A stretch of 64,000 nt of DNA from Lachnospiraceae bacterium (GCA_015056975.1 SVFG01000002.1:5553-69552); one strand, 5' to 3'; counted from the first letter of the stretch, positions 7,263-17,340 are shown. Notes: generated by a model from the letters alone, not told the origin. Numbers and translations are program-made.

Positions 7263-10067
7263 CTAAATACTTTCCCTCCGAATATCTTCCAGAATATTAT
7301 TACTCTTTTCCCTGTTATGGGTAATCATCGTCACCAGCATAAGTGCTGCTGCCGCAATGGTGGTGGCAATCAGATACACACCTACCGGTGAGCCAAGGCT
7401 CACTTTTCCAAACATTTTGATAAGTACCTTGGAAATCAGGATAAGTACCGGTGTCGCAACAGCTACCGCGATGATTACACTTCTCACAAGCACATTTCCT
7501 GCCTCCAGAAGAAGCATTTTGCGCATCTGACCTTCTGTCATACCCATGGAACGGAGAATGGCAAGCTCTTTTCTTCTGCCTGTAATTCTGCCTTTCGTGG
7601 AATTGTAAAGGTTCAACATACAGATGATGGAGGTCAGTGCTACAAAACACTTAAGCAGTATCTCAATCACTGCATTGATGGCACTTGTGATGGTCACTGT
7701 ATCAAACAGACTACCTGATATCACAACCATCCCTTCCCAATCATCCGCATTCATTGTCTCAAGATGCATATCATATAACTCATTATACAGCCTTGAGGTT
7801 TTATCCTTAAACTGAATGTATAACAATTTATCGTATTCATGATATCCGGATGCATCTCCTGACATTTCTTTATCCACAAGCTCCTGCGTGGTCTCCATAT
7901 CCGTAATCACCCAAATCATATCTGTGTGGAAGGAAAAATACTCTTCCAACTGACTGTTTGTGGCAAATCCTGCCACTGTCAACGGAAAGCTTTCAAAATC
8001 ATTAATGGCTGTATTTAGTACACTTACCTCAAAAGTTTCCCCTTTGTTAACTCCCACCATATTTTCTATCTCATAGAGCTTAAGATCTGCCTTTCCGTAT
8101 CCACGGATGCCTACCTTATCTGTGGATAGTTCTCCGCTTTGCACCATGATTACAGGCCTTACACTTTCATCATACATAATATCCTTATCTGCTCCGGTAA
8201 GTTCTACAATTTTTGCCAGAGTGATATCATCCAAACCGATAAAATTAACAATGGGCCAAAGACCTTCTATCTCCTGCTTCTGTACATCTTCCGGAACATT
8301 GTAAACATCCATAATCTCCTTATAAGCATCCAAATATTCCTGACTGTAAATACTTTTATCTCCTCTTCCCAAAAACATACCATCATAATATTCGATACAG
8401 GATTCTACCGTTTCGTCATTATATACTCTTTCCTTTAATGCCTCATAATCTGCCCATCCCTGCTCACTCATTCCGGTATCCATCGCCACAAAGTCAAATT
8501 TCATCCTGGTATTAACTTCTCCATCCTCTGACATGGCATAATTTACAAGGGTGGTAAGTGCCTTTGATGCATAGGAGGTGATAATCAGTACTATCATAAA
8601 CATGGCTGTTGCACCGATAAGACCTCTTGTTTTCTTTTTCTGTCTGCTCACCAAATTGGCTGCAAGTAGACCCTCTGCACCAAACAAACGGATTGCAAGC
8701 TTATTGACACCACGTTTCTTAGTGTCCTTGCCATCATTGCCTCTGATGGCTTCAATAGGACCGATTTTACCAATCTTTCTGGCAGGAAGGTAAGCCGAAA
8801 TCCAAACAGTAATAACTGATAATAAAGCTGTAAATACTACACCCACAAAAGAAATTGCAAGAGGTACTTTGTCAAGGCTTTCACCTGAGTACATGCCAAG
8901 AAGGGTATCCAGATGAGGCTTTAATGCCAGCATACCAAGCTTTACCACCAAAAGTCCTGTCATAAAACCGATGGGAAGTCCTACCACAAGAAGGGAAAAT
9001 GCTTCGTAGTATACACTGCTCTTTTTCTGCTTTCCGGTTGCTCCCACGCTTGAAAGCATACCCAAATACTTACTTCTCTCCTCATAGGACATATTAAATA
9101 CATTATAAATCAATACTACGGATGCTCCGATGATAAGTACAACGAAGAATACACTCATCAGATTGACGATTCCGTTAATGGTGGAATCCTGTGAATTGGC
9201 ACTGAAAGCAAGCAGCATACTGTTTACTTCCATATCGCAGTCCGTTCCTACAATCTTTTCCAGTTCCTTATCGTAGTTACCATTGTTTTTTAAGTCAAAA
9301 CGGATAGATACGTTTTTCTCATCCCCTGTAACCAAAGCACCGTTATTATAGGTAATTGCGCTATAGCCTGCTGTCCCTTTCTTCTCAAAGGAAGGTCTCT
9401 CAATAAATCCTACAACCTTGTATGAGAAAACTTCTCCTGTAAACTCATGGCTTTCATAAAAATCATCATTCTCCCAGTAATGGGGAAATCCTGCAGGTGC
9501 TTCTAAGTACTCACCCGGTGCCACCTGAAAACCGCCGGGAAACACTGTGGTTGTCTTACTGTCCGCATTCTTGCCGATGTATCTCTTAAACATCTTAGCT
9601 TCCACGGTATCTCCAAGCTTAATATCAGCTCCATCCTCTACAGCTTCTATGTTAATTACAATCTCATCCTCAGCCTTAGGAAGTCTGCCCTCCAGCACAC
9701 CGATGTTGTGAAGCGCAAAGGCATCCGCACTATAACTCTTGATATGTAAATATGGTCTATCCTCCTTCGCTGACTGAGCGAACATGGTATAATCCAAAGT
9801 GGAGGATACACCAACCTGCTCCACATCATCCATATTCTTAATCTGTTCATACTCAGCATCGGTCACATCGTATAAGCAGATGTGCCAGCTGCCTCTCTCA
9901 AGGCTCGCCAACTTTTCCAAATAATTGACAGCCGTATCCTTACCCACAAACACACAGGTCATCAGCATCACCATAAATACAATTCCTAAAAGTGTGGTGA
10001 GCGTTCTCTTTTTGTTTTTCTTCATGTACTCTCTCGTTACCTGATGTACGATATTTCTGTTACACAT
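7263..10067 (-). CDS. ABC transporter permease, FtsX/MacB-like with duplicated domains
   Basis: Two FtsX-type motifs (ERSKYLGMLSSVGAT; RRKELAILRSMGMT) and two large extracellular loops. Confidence 0.88.
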   Translation of the reverse strand: MCNRNIVHQVTREYMKKNKKRTLTTLLGIVFMVMLMTCVFVGKDTAVNYLEKLASLERGSWHICLYDVTDAEYEQIKNMDDVEQVGVSSTLDYTMFAQSAKEDRPYLHIKSYSADAFALHNIGVLEGRLPKAEDEIVINIEAVEDGADIKLGDTVEAKMFKRYIGKNADSKTTTVFPGGFQVAPGEYLEAPAGFPHYWENDDFYESHEFTGEVFSYKVVGFIERPSFEKKGTAGYSAITYNNGALVTGDEKNVSIRFDLKNNGNYDKELEKIVGTDCDMEVNSMLLAFSANSQDSTINGIVNLMSVFFVVLIIGASVVLIYNVFNMSYEERSKYLGMLSSVGATGKQKKSSVYYEAFSLLVVGLPIGFMTGLLVVKLGMLALKPHLDTLLGMYSGESLDKVPLAISFVGVVFTALLSVITVWISAYLPARKIGKIGPIEAIRGNDGKDTKKRGVNKLAIRLFGAEGLLAANLVSRQKKKTRGLIGATAMFMIVLIITSYASKALTTLVNYAMSEDGEVNTRMKFDFVAMDTGMSEQGWADYEALKERVYNDETVESCIEYYDGMFLGRGDKSIYSQEYLDAYKEIMDVYNVPEDVQKQEIEGLWPIVNFIGLDDITLAKIVELTGADKDIMYDESVRPVIMVQSGELSTDKVGIRGYGKADLKLYEIENMVGVNKGETFEVSVLNTAINDFESFPLTVAGFATNSQLEEYFSFHTDMIWVITDMETTQELVDKEMSGDASGYHEYDKLLYIQFKDKTSRLYNELYDMHLETMNADDWEGMVVISGSLFDTVTITSAINAVIEILLKCFVALTSIICMLNLYNSTKGRITGRRKELAILRSMGMTEGQMRKMLLLEAGNVLVRSVIIAVAVATPVLILISKVLIKMFGKVSLGSPVGVYLIATTIAAAALMLVTMITHNREKSNNILEDIRRESI

Positions 10068-10765
10068 TAGTTGTTCCCTCCAAGTACGCGGATTCTCTCA
10101 TCCTTTGTAAGCTTTCCGTCTTCTATATAGATAATTCTGTCTGCCTGCAGTGCAATACTCTCATCATGGGTGATCAGGATAAGTGTCTGCTTATGCTCAC
10201 GGTTCGATTTCTTCAAGAGGCTCATAATCTCCTGTCCGTTTTTCCTGTCAAGGTTACCGGTGGGCTCATCGGCAAGCACGATAGCCGGGCGGCTAAACAT
10301 GGCTCTGCCGATAGATACTCTCTGCTGCTGTCCGCCAGACAACTGACTGGGCAGGTTCTTCCTTCTTTCCGTAAGACCAATCTGCTCCACAATCATATCA
10401 AGTCTTTCTTTATCCATCTTGCGACCATCCAGCAAATGAGGTAGCAAAATATTTTCGTCTACATTTAAAACCGGCATCAGATTGTAAAACTGATAAATCA
10501 GACCAATCTGTCTTCTTCTAAAGATTGCCAGCTTATCCTCCTTTAAGCTGTGCATATCGGTTCCTTCCACAAATACCTTGCCGCTTGTAGGTTTGTCCAC
10601 ACCACCCAAAATATGTAACAATGTTGATTTACCGCTTCCCGAAGGTCCTACGATAGAAACAAACTCTCCCTTCTCAACGCTAAAGGACACATCATCCAGT
10701 GCCTTGATCTTTGTATTTCCTTCTCCGTATTCCTTTGTTAAATGTTCACATCTTAAAATTTCCAC
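10067..10765 (-). CDS. ABC transporter ATP-binding protein (LolD/MacB-like)
   Basis: Walker A GPSGSGKST, signature LSGGQQQR, Walker B LADEPTGNLD. Confidence 0.95.
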   Translation of the reverse strand: MEILRCEHLTKEYGEGNTKIKALDDVSFSVEKGEFVSIVGPSGSGKSTLLHILGGVDKPTSGKVFVEGTDMHSLKEDKLAIFRRRQIGLIYQFYNLMPVLNVDENILLPHLLDGRKMDKERLDMIVEQIGLTERRKNLPSQLSGGQQQRVSIGRAMFSRPAIVLADEPTGNLDRKNGQEIMSLLKKSNREHKQTLILITHDESIALQADRIIYIEDGKLTKDERIRVLGGNN

Positions 10766-10814
10766 TTTTTGTTCCTCCGAATTTTTCTTACTTGTTGTTT
10801 GCTAGCTTGATATC

Positions 10815-10867
10815 ATTATAGCAAATCAAAAACAAAGTAAATGACTCTCAGATGAATATTGGGTGAC
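10815..10867 (-). promoter_or_regulatory. Extended -10 promoter with three direct repeats at 11-bp spacing (putative OmpR-type boxes)
   Basis: TGCTATAAT at 10815-10823. GTCAC/TTCAT/GTCAT at 10863, 10852 and 10841 lie over the -35 region. Confidence 0.5.
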
Positions 10868-10906
10868 AATTTAGTCACTTTACTTCATACCAAGAGTCAT
10901 TTAATG

Positions 10907-11818
10907 TCACTTATACAGTTTTATCCTAAATTTGGTTCCCACACCCACTTCGCTTTCTACGCTAATGGTTCCGTTTTGCCTCATAATGATCTGTTTTGAC
11001 ATGGAAAGTCCAATTCCCACACTGCTGTTTGAAGAACCCGGTGCCTTGTAAAATCTTTTAAAGATGTTGGGAAGGTGCTCCTTTGGAATTCCCTCACCGG
11101 TATCCTGTATGATAATTTCAGTAGCGAGATTGTGTTGCAAGACAGATATCCGGACACTGCCCCCTTCCGGTGTATGCTCAATACAGTTTTTCACAATATT
11201 GGATATTGCTTCTCTCGTCCACTGCTTATCACAACCATGGTATATTTCTTCAGGACACTCCAATCGAAGATCTACTCCCTTTACCTCTGCCATAATTTCA
11301 AAGGTATCCATAATTGTATTAAGCATCTCTTTTACGTTCAACTCTTCCTTTTTCAGATCCAACATATCTGCTTCCAACTGGGAAAGAGTCAATAGGTTTC
11401 GAACAAGCCAGGTAATTCTATTGGTCTGTTTTTGAATCTTCTCCACATAATCCATACGCTTTTCATCCGTAAGCTCCGGCGCCGAAAGAAGCTCTGTCAT
11501 AAGGGTAATAGCAGTCATGGGGGTTTTTATCTGATGCGAAATATCGGACAACATATCCACCATGTATTTTTTCTGCTTCTGCTCGTCGGAATACTGCTCC
11601 TGTAACTGCACAACCAGCTTATAGATCTCACTCTGCAAAATTCCCAGCCTTCCTTCATTCATGGAGTCAAAAGCAGGTAATTCCATGTTATCCTGCACCT
11701 TCATAAGATACTCTATTAGCTCATCTATCTTGCGCGCTCGCCTTCTTTGACAGATAATACAAATACATAGCGTCACAAGCAGTGCTGCCGCCAAAATACC
11801 ACACATTACCAGTTCCAT
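10907..11818 (-). CDS. Two-component sensor histidine kinase
   Basis: H-box ISHQIKTP, N-box NIVKN, G boxes DTGEGI and GIGL. One N-terminal TM and no large sensor domain. Confidence 0.93.
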   Translation of the reverse strand: MELVMCGILAAALLVTLCICIICQRRRARKIDELIEYLMKVQDNMELPAFDSMNEGRLGILQSEIYKLVVQLQEQYSDEQKQKKYMVDMLSDISHQIKTPMTAITLMTELLSAPELTDEKRMDYVEKIQKQTNRITWLVRNLLTLSQLEADMLDLKKEELNVKEMLNTIMDTFEIMAEVKGVDLRLECPEEIYHGCDKQWTREAISNIVKNCIEHTPEGGSVRISVLQHNLATEIIIQDTGEGIPKEHLPNIFKRFYKAPGSSNSSVGIGLSMSKQIIMRQNGTISVESEVGVGTKFRIKLYK

Positions 11819-11833
11819 TTTATTTATCTCCTG

Positions 11834-12520
11834 TCAATCCATACGGTATCCGATTCCACGCACCGTCTGTATCAGCTGACTTTCCTCTGAATCGCCCAGC
11901 TTTTTCCTGAGCCTTTTTATGTATACACTCAAGGTATTGTCATTGACAAATTCCCCTGCATCATCCCATATCTGCGATAAAATCTGCTGTCTTGAAATGT
12001 TTTCTCCACGATGCTGAATAAAGATTAACAGCAGCTTATATTCCATTGCAGTGAGAACGATTTCTTCATTTTCTCTATATACCTTGGCTGTGTTGATATT
12101 TACCTGCGCATCGCCTACATTGATGATACCTTTATCCTGTGACTGGCCGCTTACATAATTTCCGCTTCTTCGAAGAATCGCCTTCATTCTCGCTAAAAGC
12201 TCCCTAATTCGAAAGGGCTTGGCTATATAATCGTCCGCTCCCTGCTCTAAGGCAAGCACTGTATGAATTTCATCATCACAGGCAGTCAGAAAGATAATCG
12301 GCATCTGACTCTTCTTACGAATTTCCCTACAAACTGCATAACCGTCACCATCCGGTAGATTCACATCCAAAAGACTGATATCAATGGACTCTTCTGAACG
12401 AATCAGTTCAAAAGCATGTGCCTGCGTCGTCGCCTTTCGCACCTGATATCCTTCCTGCTCCAATGCAATGCTCAATCCCTCTGAAATTATTTCATCATCT
12501 TCCACTACTAATACTGTCAT
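11834..12520 (-). CDS. OmpR/PhoB-family response regulator
   Basis: VLVVEDD...LLDVNLPDGDG...KPF receiver and winged-helix end IQTVRGIGY. True start MTVLVV at 12520 with RBS GGAGG. The ORF-track extension is repeat sequence. Confidence 0.93.
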   Translation of the reverse strand: MTVLVVEDDEIISEGLSIALEQEGYQVRKATTQAHAFELIRSEESIDISLLDVNLPDGDGYAVCREIRKKSQMPIIFLTACDDEIHTVLALEQGADDYIAKPFRIRELLARMKAILRRSGNYVSGQSQDKGIINVGDAQVNINTAKVYRENEEIVLTAMEYKLLLIFIQHRGENISRQQILSQIWDDAGEFVNDNTLSVYIKRLRKKLGDSEESQLIQTVRGIGYRMD

Positions 12521-12584
12521 ATGTTTATCCTCCGTGTACATTATATAATACTGAAGGCTTTTTGCGCAAGCTAATGCATCATTT

Positions 12585-12800
12585 ATGTATGGCTTTCGCC
12601 ATATAGTCCAGTCACAGCCGTGCGGCATTCGCAATCCGCTTCGCTTCTTGCTCATGTACGGCTTTCGCCGTATATCGACATTATACATCCAAGCCACTTC
12701 GAAAAAGCTTCGCTTTTCCTCAGTGTTTGGCTTTCGCCAAATTGTCCACTCGTAAAAAAGAGGCTCATACAAGCAAGCTTGCATCGCCTCTTTTACTCCT
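12585..12800. repeat. Array of palindromic REP-like units with 69-bp period
   Basis: GGCTTTCGCC at 12591, 12660 and 12729, each inside a different perfect 6-bp stem. Units 2 and 3 also share GCTTCGCTT..CTCA.TGT. Confidence 0.75.
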
Positions 12801-12813
12801 GTCCAGCTTGGAC

Positions 12814-14172
12814 TCAATGCTCCAACATATTTTCAATAAATATCCCATACCCTCTCGTCGGATCATTCACCAGCACATGTGTCACTGCCCCAATTATTTT
12901 CCCATCCTGGATAATAGGGCTGCCACTCATTCCCTGCACAATACCGCCTGTCAGTTCCAATAACTTTTCATCCGTCACCTTCAGTTCTATTCCCCGGTTT
13001 ACTTTATCATGGGTCAAGTGTACAGTAGTTATTTCCACATCATAATAGGTGGGCTCTTCCTCTATGGTACATAAAATCTGCGCAGGACCTTCCTGTATTT
13101 CCTGTTTAAAAGCAATTGGCAGAGGTTCTTTTGTTGCATAGTTCATAGCTTTTTGATTACAGACTCCAAAAATTCCCCTCATACTGTTGGTAGTGATATC
13201 TCCCAACACCCTGCTATCCAAATAAGCTATCATTCCTGTCATTTCGCCCGGCTTTCCCCGGTCTCCTTTTTGTATTTTCACAATCTCTGTCTGATAGAGG
13301 GTTCCGTCATTCATCTGCATGAGGGTGCTGGTATCCACATCATTAATCCCATGCCCCAATGCACCAAATTGCCCTTCTGCGTCGATATAGGTCATGGTTC
13401 CCACACCTTGGGCATTGTCTCTTACCCATACCCCAATTTTATAGTTACCGGATTTCGCTTGTACAGGTTTTACACTCACTTTTTTTTGTTTCCCATCCCG
13501 TTCAATCGTAAGGAAAAGCTCTTCCCCTTTACCTTCCTCAATACTTCTTATAAAGTCATCCTTGTCTGATAGCGCCTGTCCGTTCATCTCTCTGATATAA
13601 TCTCCGGATTTCAAAATCCCCTTGGAAGGAGAGCATTTCTCACCATTTGCATTTTCAAATTCTCCCTCACCGATTACCAGAATGCCATCCGTCTTAACGT
13701 AGATTCCCACAGGCACACCGACCGGAATCAGTTCCTGCTCCTCCACCACATGGATGCCTACCTGCTTAAAGGGCAAAAAGCCAAACAGCTTTACCTGCAA
13801 GCTATACTGCTCTTCACCACCGGTACGCAACGTAACAGGCTTGCTAAGGTCAATTGTCACAGCACCCTCAGGTATATTACTTTTTCCCTGCTGCCCCACA
13901 CTGACAATATCGGCCGTGGCGGGTACTCCCAGATGAAAGGATTGCTCTTTATCTCTCCGGACATACAAAGTGGACGGAATACTACCGTCCAAGAGATAAT
14001 ATCCCACACCTCCCAGCACACCCAAACTGATAATCAATGCACTCAAAAGACATACTCTGTAGATTTTGTGCCGCTTTCGCCTTTGCTTCCACTTTTCCAG
14101 TAATACCACCATATTCTCAGCCGACTGATTTTTTATCTCTTCATTTTTTCCTGATATCTCCCTCATTCTCAC
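12814..14172 (-). CDS. spoIVB: SpoIVB serine peptidase (S55)
   Basis: PDZ domain, WVRD..QGVGTMT, GALGHGI, and catalytic GIVQGMSGSPI. Follows recN. Confidence 0.95.
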   Translation of the reverse strand: MRMREISGKNEEIKNQSAENMVVLLEKWKQRRKRHKIYRVCLLSALIISLGVLGGVGYYLLDGSIPSTLYVRRDKEQSFHLGVPATADIVSVGQQGKSNIPEGAVTIDLSKPVTLRTGGEEQYSLQVKLFGFLPFKQVGIHVVEEQELIPVGVPVGIYVKTDGILVIGEGEFENANGEKCSPSKGILKSGDYIREMNGQALSDKDDFIRSIEEGKGEELFLTIERDGKQKKVSVKPVQAKSGNYKIGVWVRDNAQGVGTMTYIDAEGQFGALGHGINDVDTSTLMQMNDGTLYQTEIVKIQKGDRGKPGEMTGMIAYLDSRVLGDITTNSMRGIFGVCNQKAMNYATKEPLPIAFKQEIQEGPAQILCTIEEEPTYYDVEITTVHLTHDKVNRGIELKVTDEKLLELTGGIVQGMSGSPIIQDGKIIGAVTHVLVNDPTRGYGIFIENMLEH

Positions 14173-14199
14173 ATACTCCTTGTCCTAACGCCCAAAAAC

Positions 14200-14226
14200 A
14201 AAGCATCCTGACATTCAGGATGCTTT
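14200..14226 (-). terminator. Intrinsic terminator-like hairpin after recN
   Basis: 12-bp stem AAAGCATCCTGA / TCAGGATGCTTT followed by a T-rich run on the minus strand. Confidence 0.65.
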
Positions 14227-14297
14227 CATTGTTATTCTTAGTATGTGAGACTTTTAAAATTTTACTTATCTAATTTTTGTAAATATTTTGAATTGCT

Positions 14298-15974
14298 CTA
14301 TTTTTGTTTGTATGATAGCGCCTGACTTCGCATCTGTCTTGCATTCTCTAACGCCGCCTCTGTCAGGGAATCACTGCCCAAAAGCCTTGCCAATTCACAA
14401 AGGCTCTTTTTCTCATCAAGCTCATAAATATCCGTCATGGTACTGTTATCCATACTGCTCTTTTCGATGACAAAATGAGTATCCGCCATGGCTGCAATCT
14501 GTGGAAGATGGGTAATGCAAAGCACCTGATGCTTTGCTGCCACTTTACTTAACTGCTCCGCAACCTTCCAAGCGGTCTTTCCGCTGATACCGGCATCAAT
14601 CTCATCAAATATCAGAGTGTCCGTATCATCCTTGGTTGCCATAATGGTCTTAATTGCCAGCATAATACGGGATAATTCACCGCCACTTGCCACCTGACTT
14701 AAAGCTTTTCTGCTCTCACCGGGATTGGTGGAAATCAAAAACTCCACCTCATCTGCTCCCTTTTCCGTAATCCGGTCAGCTTCTCTTACGGCCACTTCAA
14801 AATCTACAGTCAGAAAATTCAACTGCACCAGGGCTTCCGTCAGCCTTTCCGTTAAAAGAACCGCGTTCTTCCTACGCACATTGGACAATTCACCGCAGGC
14901 CTTTGCAAGCTTATCCTCTGCCTGAGCTAAATCTCTCTTAAGCTTTTCCATATAGGCATCGTAATCATCCAATTTCTCAATAAGCGCCTGCTGTTTCTCT
15001 CCGTAGGCCAATACATCCTCAAGCGTACGACCATACTTTCCCTTTAAATGATTGAGCGTATTCAGGCGGTCTTCAACCGATTTAAAATCGTCCTCATCAA
15101 ATTCACAATCACTTAAGTAGTCTGCTACTTCCCTGTTATAATCCGAAAGCAGGCTTTCTACTTCTGAAAGTTGCTCTGCAAGCTGCTCTAACCGCTCATC
15201 ATATTGGGTCACACTCATAAGTATCCGAAGAGCTCTGCCAAGCGCACTTCCCGCGCCCTCCTCATTACCACTGTAATGATAGCTCTCCAAAAGACTCTCC
15301 GTAATCTTTTTGCTGTTTGTCATCAGACGATAACGCTGCTCTAACTGCTCATCCTCACCGGGCACAAGCTTTGCTTCCGTAATCTCTGAAAGCTCAAACT
15401 CTGCCAGGGCCCGCTCTCTTGCAAGTGCCTGTTCATCCCGTTCTTCTGCTTCCAGTGTCTCTCTTATAGTCTTACACTCCGCATAGAGTTGCTTCACCTG
15501 TGCTGCCGGTAAAACACCTTCCTCACCACAGTATGCATCCAGAATCTCCATATGCTTCTTTTTGTGTAGCAGGGATTGGTGCTCATGCTGACCGTGAATA
15601 TCAATCAACACTTCCGCCAATTCCTTTACCTGTCTGGCGGTAACGGTTTCCCCGTTGATTTTACAGGTACTTTTGCCCACCTGCATTTTGCGGCTGATAA
15701 TCACACTATCATCCTCTGAAAGCTCCAAATCCATCTCCATAAGTTTCTGCTTTACCTTTTCTTCACAGGAAAAGACAAGCTCCACCATAGCACTTTCGGC
15801 ACCCTTTCTAAGCATATCCTTCTCAAATTTGCCGCCCAATGCCAGATTTACGGAACCGATTAACAGAGACTTACCGGCACCGGTCTCACCGGTTAAAATA
15901 TTAAGTCCCTCTCCAAAGGTAATTTCAGTTTCTTCCATTAAAGCAAGATTTTTTACATGTAAGCTTTGTAACAT
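14298..15974 (-). CDS. recN: DNA repair protein RecN
   Basis: LTGETGAGKS, IDIHGQHEHQ, ASGGELSR, FDEID, ITHLPQIA. Confidence 0.97.
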   Translation of the reverse strand: MLQSLHVKNLALMEETEITFGEGLNILTGETGAGKSLLIGSVNLALGGKFEKDMLRKGAESAMVELVFSCEEKVKQKLMEMDLELSEDDSVIISRKMQVGKSTCKINGETVTARQVKELAEVLIDIHGQHEHQSLLHKKKHMEILDAYCGEEGVLPAAQVKQLYAECKTIRETLEAEERDEQALARERALAEFELSEITEAKLVPGEDEQLEQRYRLMTNSKKITESLLESYHYSGNEEGAGSALGRALRILMSVTQYDERLEQLAEQLSEVESLLSDYNREVADYLSDCEFDEDDFKSVEDRLNTLNHLKGKYGRTLEDVLAYGEKQQALIEKLDDYDAYMEKLKRDLAQAEDKLAKACGELSNVRRKNAVLLTERLTEALVQLNFLTVDFEVAVREADRITEKGADEVEFLISTNPGESRKALSQVASGGELSRIMLAIKTIMATKDDTDTLIFDEIDAGISGKTAWKVAEQLSKVAAKHQVLCITHLPQIAAMADTHFVIEKSSMDNSTMTDIYELDEKKSLCELARLLGSDSLTEAALENARQMRSQALSYKQK

Positions 15975-16015
15975 TTTCTCTCCTTATGTACCTTCCCGAA
16001 ACCTTTTGCCCGAAA

Positions 16016-16468
16016 TTACTTCTCTATCAATGAATGGATTTTGTCCATTAATTGCTCTGTCTCCTGCGTGGTACGCACTGCTACCATAATAGTATCATCT
16101 CCCGCAATACATCCCACAATCTCTGAAAACTTCATGGAATCCAGCGCCATAGCCACTGCCATAGCCATTCCGGAAACCGTCTTAACTACCAGAATATTCT
16201 GTGCCATGTCCATGGAAGTAAAACCATCCCGAAGTACCCTGATGTATTTATCCTCCATATGACTGTCATCTCTGGTCAAAACTACATACTTCTGTCGCCC
16301 GCTTCCTGAAGGGACCTTGGAAAGCTTTAATTCCCTGATATCCCTGGATACAGTAGCCTGAGTTACTTCAAAGCCTTCCTCCTTCAAAAGCCCCGCCAGC
16401 TCCTCCTGCGTCTCTATTTCCTGCTTCTCCACCAATTCTATTATTTTACGGTGTCTTACTTTCTTCAT
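16016..16468 (-). CDS. argR: Arginine repressor
   Basis: TQEEL, VTQATVSRDIREL, GCIAGDDT. Confidence 0.97.
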   Translation of the reverse strand: MKKVRHRKIIELVEKQEIETQEELAGLLKEEGFEVTQATVSRDIRELKLSKVPSGSGRQKYVVLTRDDSHMEDKYIRVLRDGFTSMDMAQNILVVKTVSGMAMAVAMALDSMKFSEIVGCIAGDDTIMVAVRTTQETEQLMDKIHSLIEK

Positions 16469-16473
16469 CTACT

Positions 16474-17340
16474 CTAACCCTCACTCAGCTTTTTATGTAA
16501 TACCTCCAGAAAACTCACCCTGTTTAACTGTATAAATTCCACACTCTCCTGCGATTTTACGATTCGCACCTTATCTCCCGTTGACAGTGTCACGCCATGA
16601 GCACCATCAAAGCTTGCCTCCACAGTCTGTATCTTACCGTCCTTACCTTCTGCAATCTCAATTTCAATTACATCCTCCGGTGAAAAAATAATACTTCTCT
16701 GATACAGAGTATGAGAACAAATCGGTGTCAACATTATCAGTTTTGCCTTTGGCTCAATAATGGGACCTCCTGCAGATAGGTTGTATCCGGTAGAACCGGT
16801 GGGAGTCGTCACTATCACACCGTCACCACTGTAATCATTCAAAAACTGACCGTTTACATAGATATTAAACTTGATAATCTGTAAGGGACCGCTTCTCGCT
16901 ATCACGATATCATTTAGAGCCCAGCCCTCCTTAATTGTACCGCTTTGCAAAATCACCTTACCGTTTAACATCATACGGTCTTCCTGTTCATAATCTCCTG
17001 CAATCAGTCGGTCAAGCGCTTCTTCCAGCTTGTCCGGCTCAATCTGTGTCATATATCCGAGGGTACCTAAGTTTACACCTATCATGGGCAGCTTAAGCGT
17101 CTTGGTCTCCCTTGCCGCCTTCAGCACGGTACCGTCCCCTCCAAGCACCAGCATGCAGTCCACATCTCCCGGAATATCACTGATTTCAACAGCGGCATTC
17201 TGCGTTTTGTCCTTCCAGTCAGCAGTATTGATTTTCACGGATACCTTCTGCCCCTTCGCCTCCAGATAATTGCGGATATGTTCCGTGGTCCTTAGTTCTT
17301 TATCTTTGTGTTGATTGGTATAAATCAAAAAATGTTTCAT
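16474..17340 (-). CDS. nadK: NAD(+) kinase
   Basis: LGGDGT, LND, TPTGSTGYNLSAGGP. Confidence 0.96.
   Translation of the reverse strand: MKHFLIYTNQHKDKELRTTEHIRNYLEAKGQKVSVKINTADWKDKTQNAAVEISDIPGDVDCMLVLGGDGTVLKAARETKTLKLPMIGVNLGTLGYMTQIEPDKLEEALDRLIAGDYEQEDRMMLNGKVILQSGTIKEGWALNDIVIARSGPLQIIKFNIYVNGQFLNDYSGDGVIVTTPTGSTGYNLSAGGPIIEPKAKLIMLTPICSHTLYQRSIIFSPEDVIEIEIAEGKDGKIQTVEASFDGAHGVTLSTGDKVRIVKSQESVEFIQLNRVSFLEVLHKKLSEG

Noticed and set aside
12585-12745. CRISPR array (regular 69-bp period, palindromic repeats)
   Set aside because: Only three units with a 10-bp identical core, the spacers resemble each other, and there are no cas genes in the window. It fits a REP-like element better.
12521-12817. 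N-terminal 98-aa extension of the response regulator in the ORF track
   Set aside because: It is translation through the repeat array (WTIWRKP appears twice). A good RBS and the receiver domain begin at 12520.
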